The notes beneath the pieces are model-generated. The model was not told the origin of the DNA, searched no databases, and worked only from the letters and a program-made list of their open reading frames with translations. From the NCBI GenBank assembly GCA_965203315.1, contig OZ241857.1, forward strand, positions 640,001 through 704,000: a stretch of DNA of 64,000 bases, in the 5' to 3' direction. Position 1 is the stretch's first letter. Each line of letters opens with the position of its first letter. Positions 63,823 through 64,000 of this stretch are shown piece after piece. Made by a program: the position numbers and the translations under genes. This DNA is from Nitrosopumilus sp. (lineage in GTDB: Archaea > Thermoproteota > Nitrososphaeria > Nitrososphaerales > Nitrosopumilaceae).

Positions 63823-64000
63823 AAAAAAGGAACAGTTGTTGACGAGTCGTCAGTAGATGAATATCATGTCAAATGAAGGAGTAAACGACTTTTCATATCC
63901 CACACCCGCTTTTAGGCAGTTCTCTTACATTTACCGAGTTGTACCGCAAGTCCAAGATTAGAATGAAGAGATCGTTCTTGCGGCATCTGAATCGTCGTAT

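Overview
AT-rich archaeal DNA that looks like Nitrososphaerota/Nitrosopumilaceae, judged from TBP, TFB, MCM, GINS and CofG/CofH. The heavy IS/MITE load would fit a host-associated lineage, but that is an inference. Positions 1-~19 kb look like an integrated element: a Type ISP R-M gene running off the left edge, two related SAM methyltransferases, a secreted coiled-coil protein, and a minus-strand SSAP-GINS-MCM-TFB module among small ORFs. The rest is short housekeeping islands (ABC transporter, TBP, tRNA-binding protein, cofGH, Na/Ca antiporter, HtrA, GT2) mixed with IS630, IS5, IS66, IS110 x2, IS6-family elements, at least four MITE families, toxin-antitoxin-like pairs and two Type III R-M loci. 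Highlight 1 is a 6.9-kb IS6-family transposon (51795-58687, 8-bp TSD CTATTATA). Its 462-bp terminal inverted repeats each encode the promoter region and first 128 codons of a Type III mod gene. It therefore carries two Mod proteins with different TRDs, one Res, its own SWIM-DDE transposase and a C10 frameshift switch. Highlight 2 is two IS1111-like IS110 elements whose 3' non-coding ends contain guide-like segments matching their own targets (bridge/seekRNA); one of them sits inside the terminal repeat of an IS66. Highlight 3 is several simple-repeat tracts next to R-M and surface-protein genes. All family assignments come from motif recognition by eye; no database searches were run.
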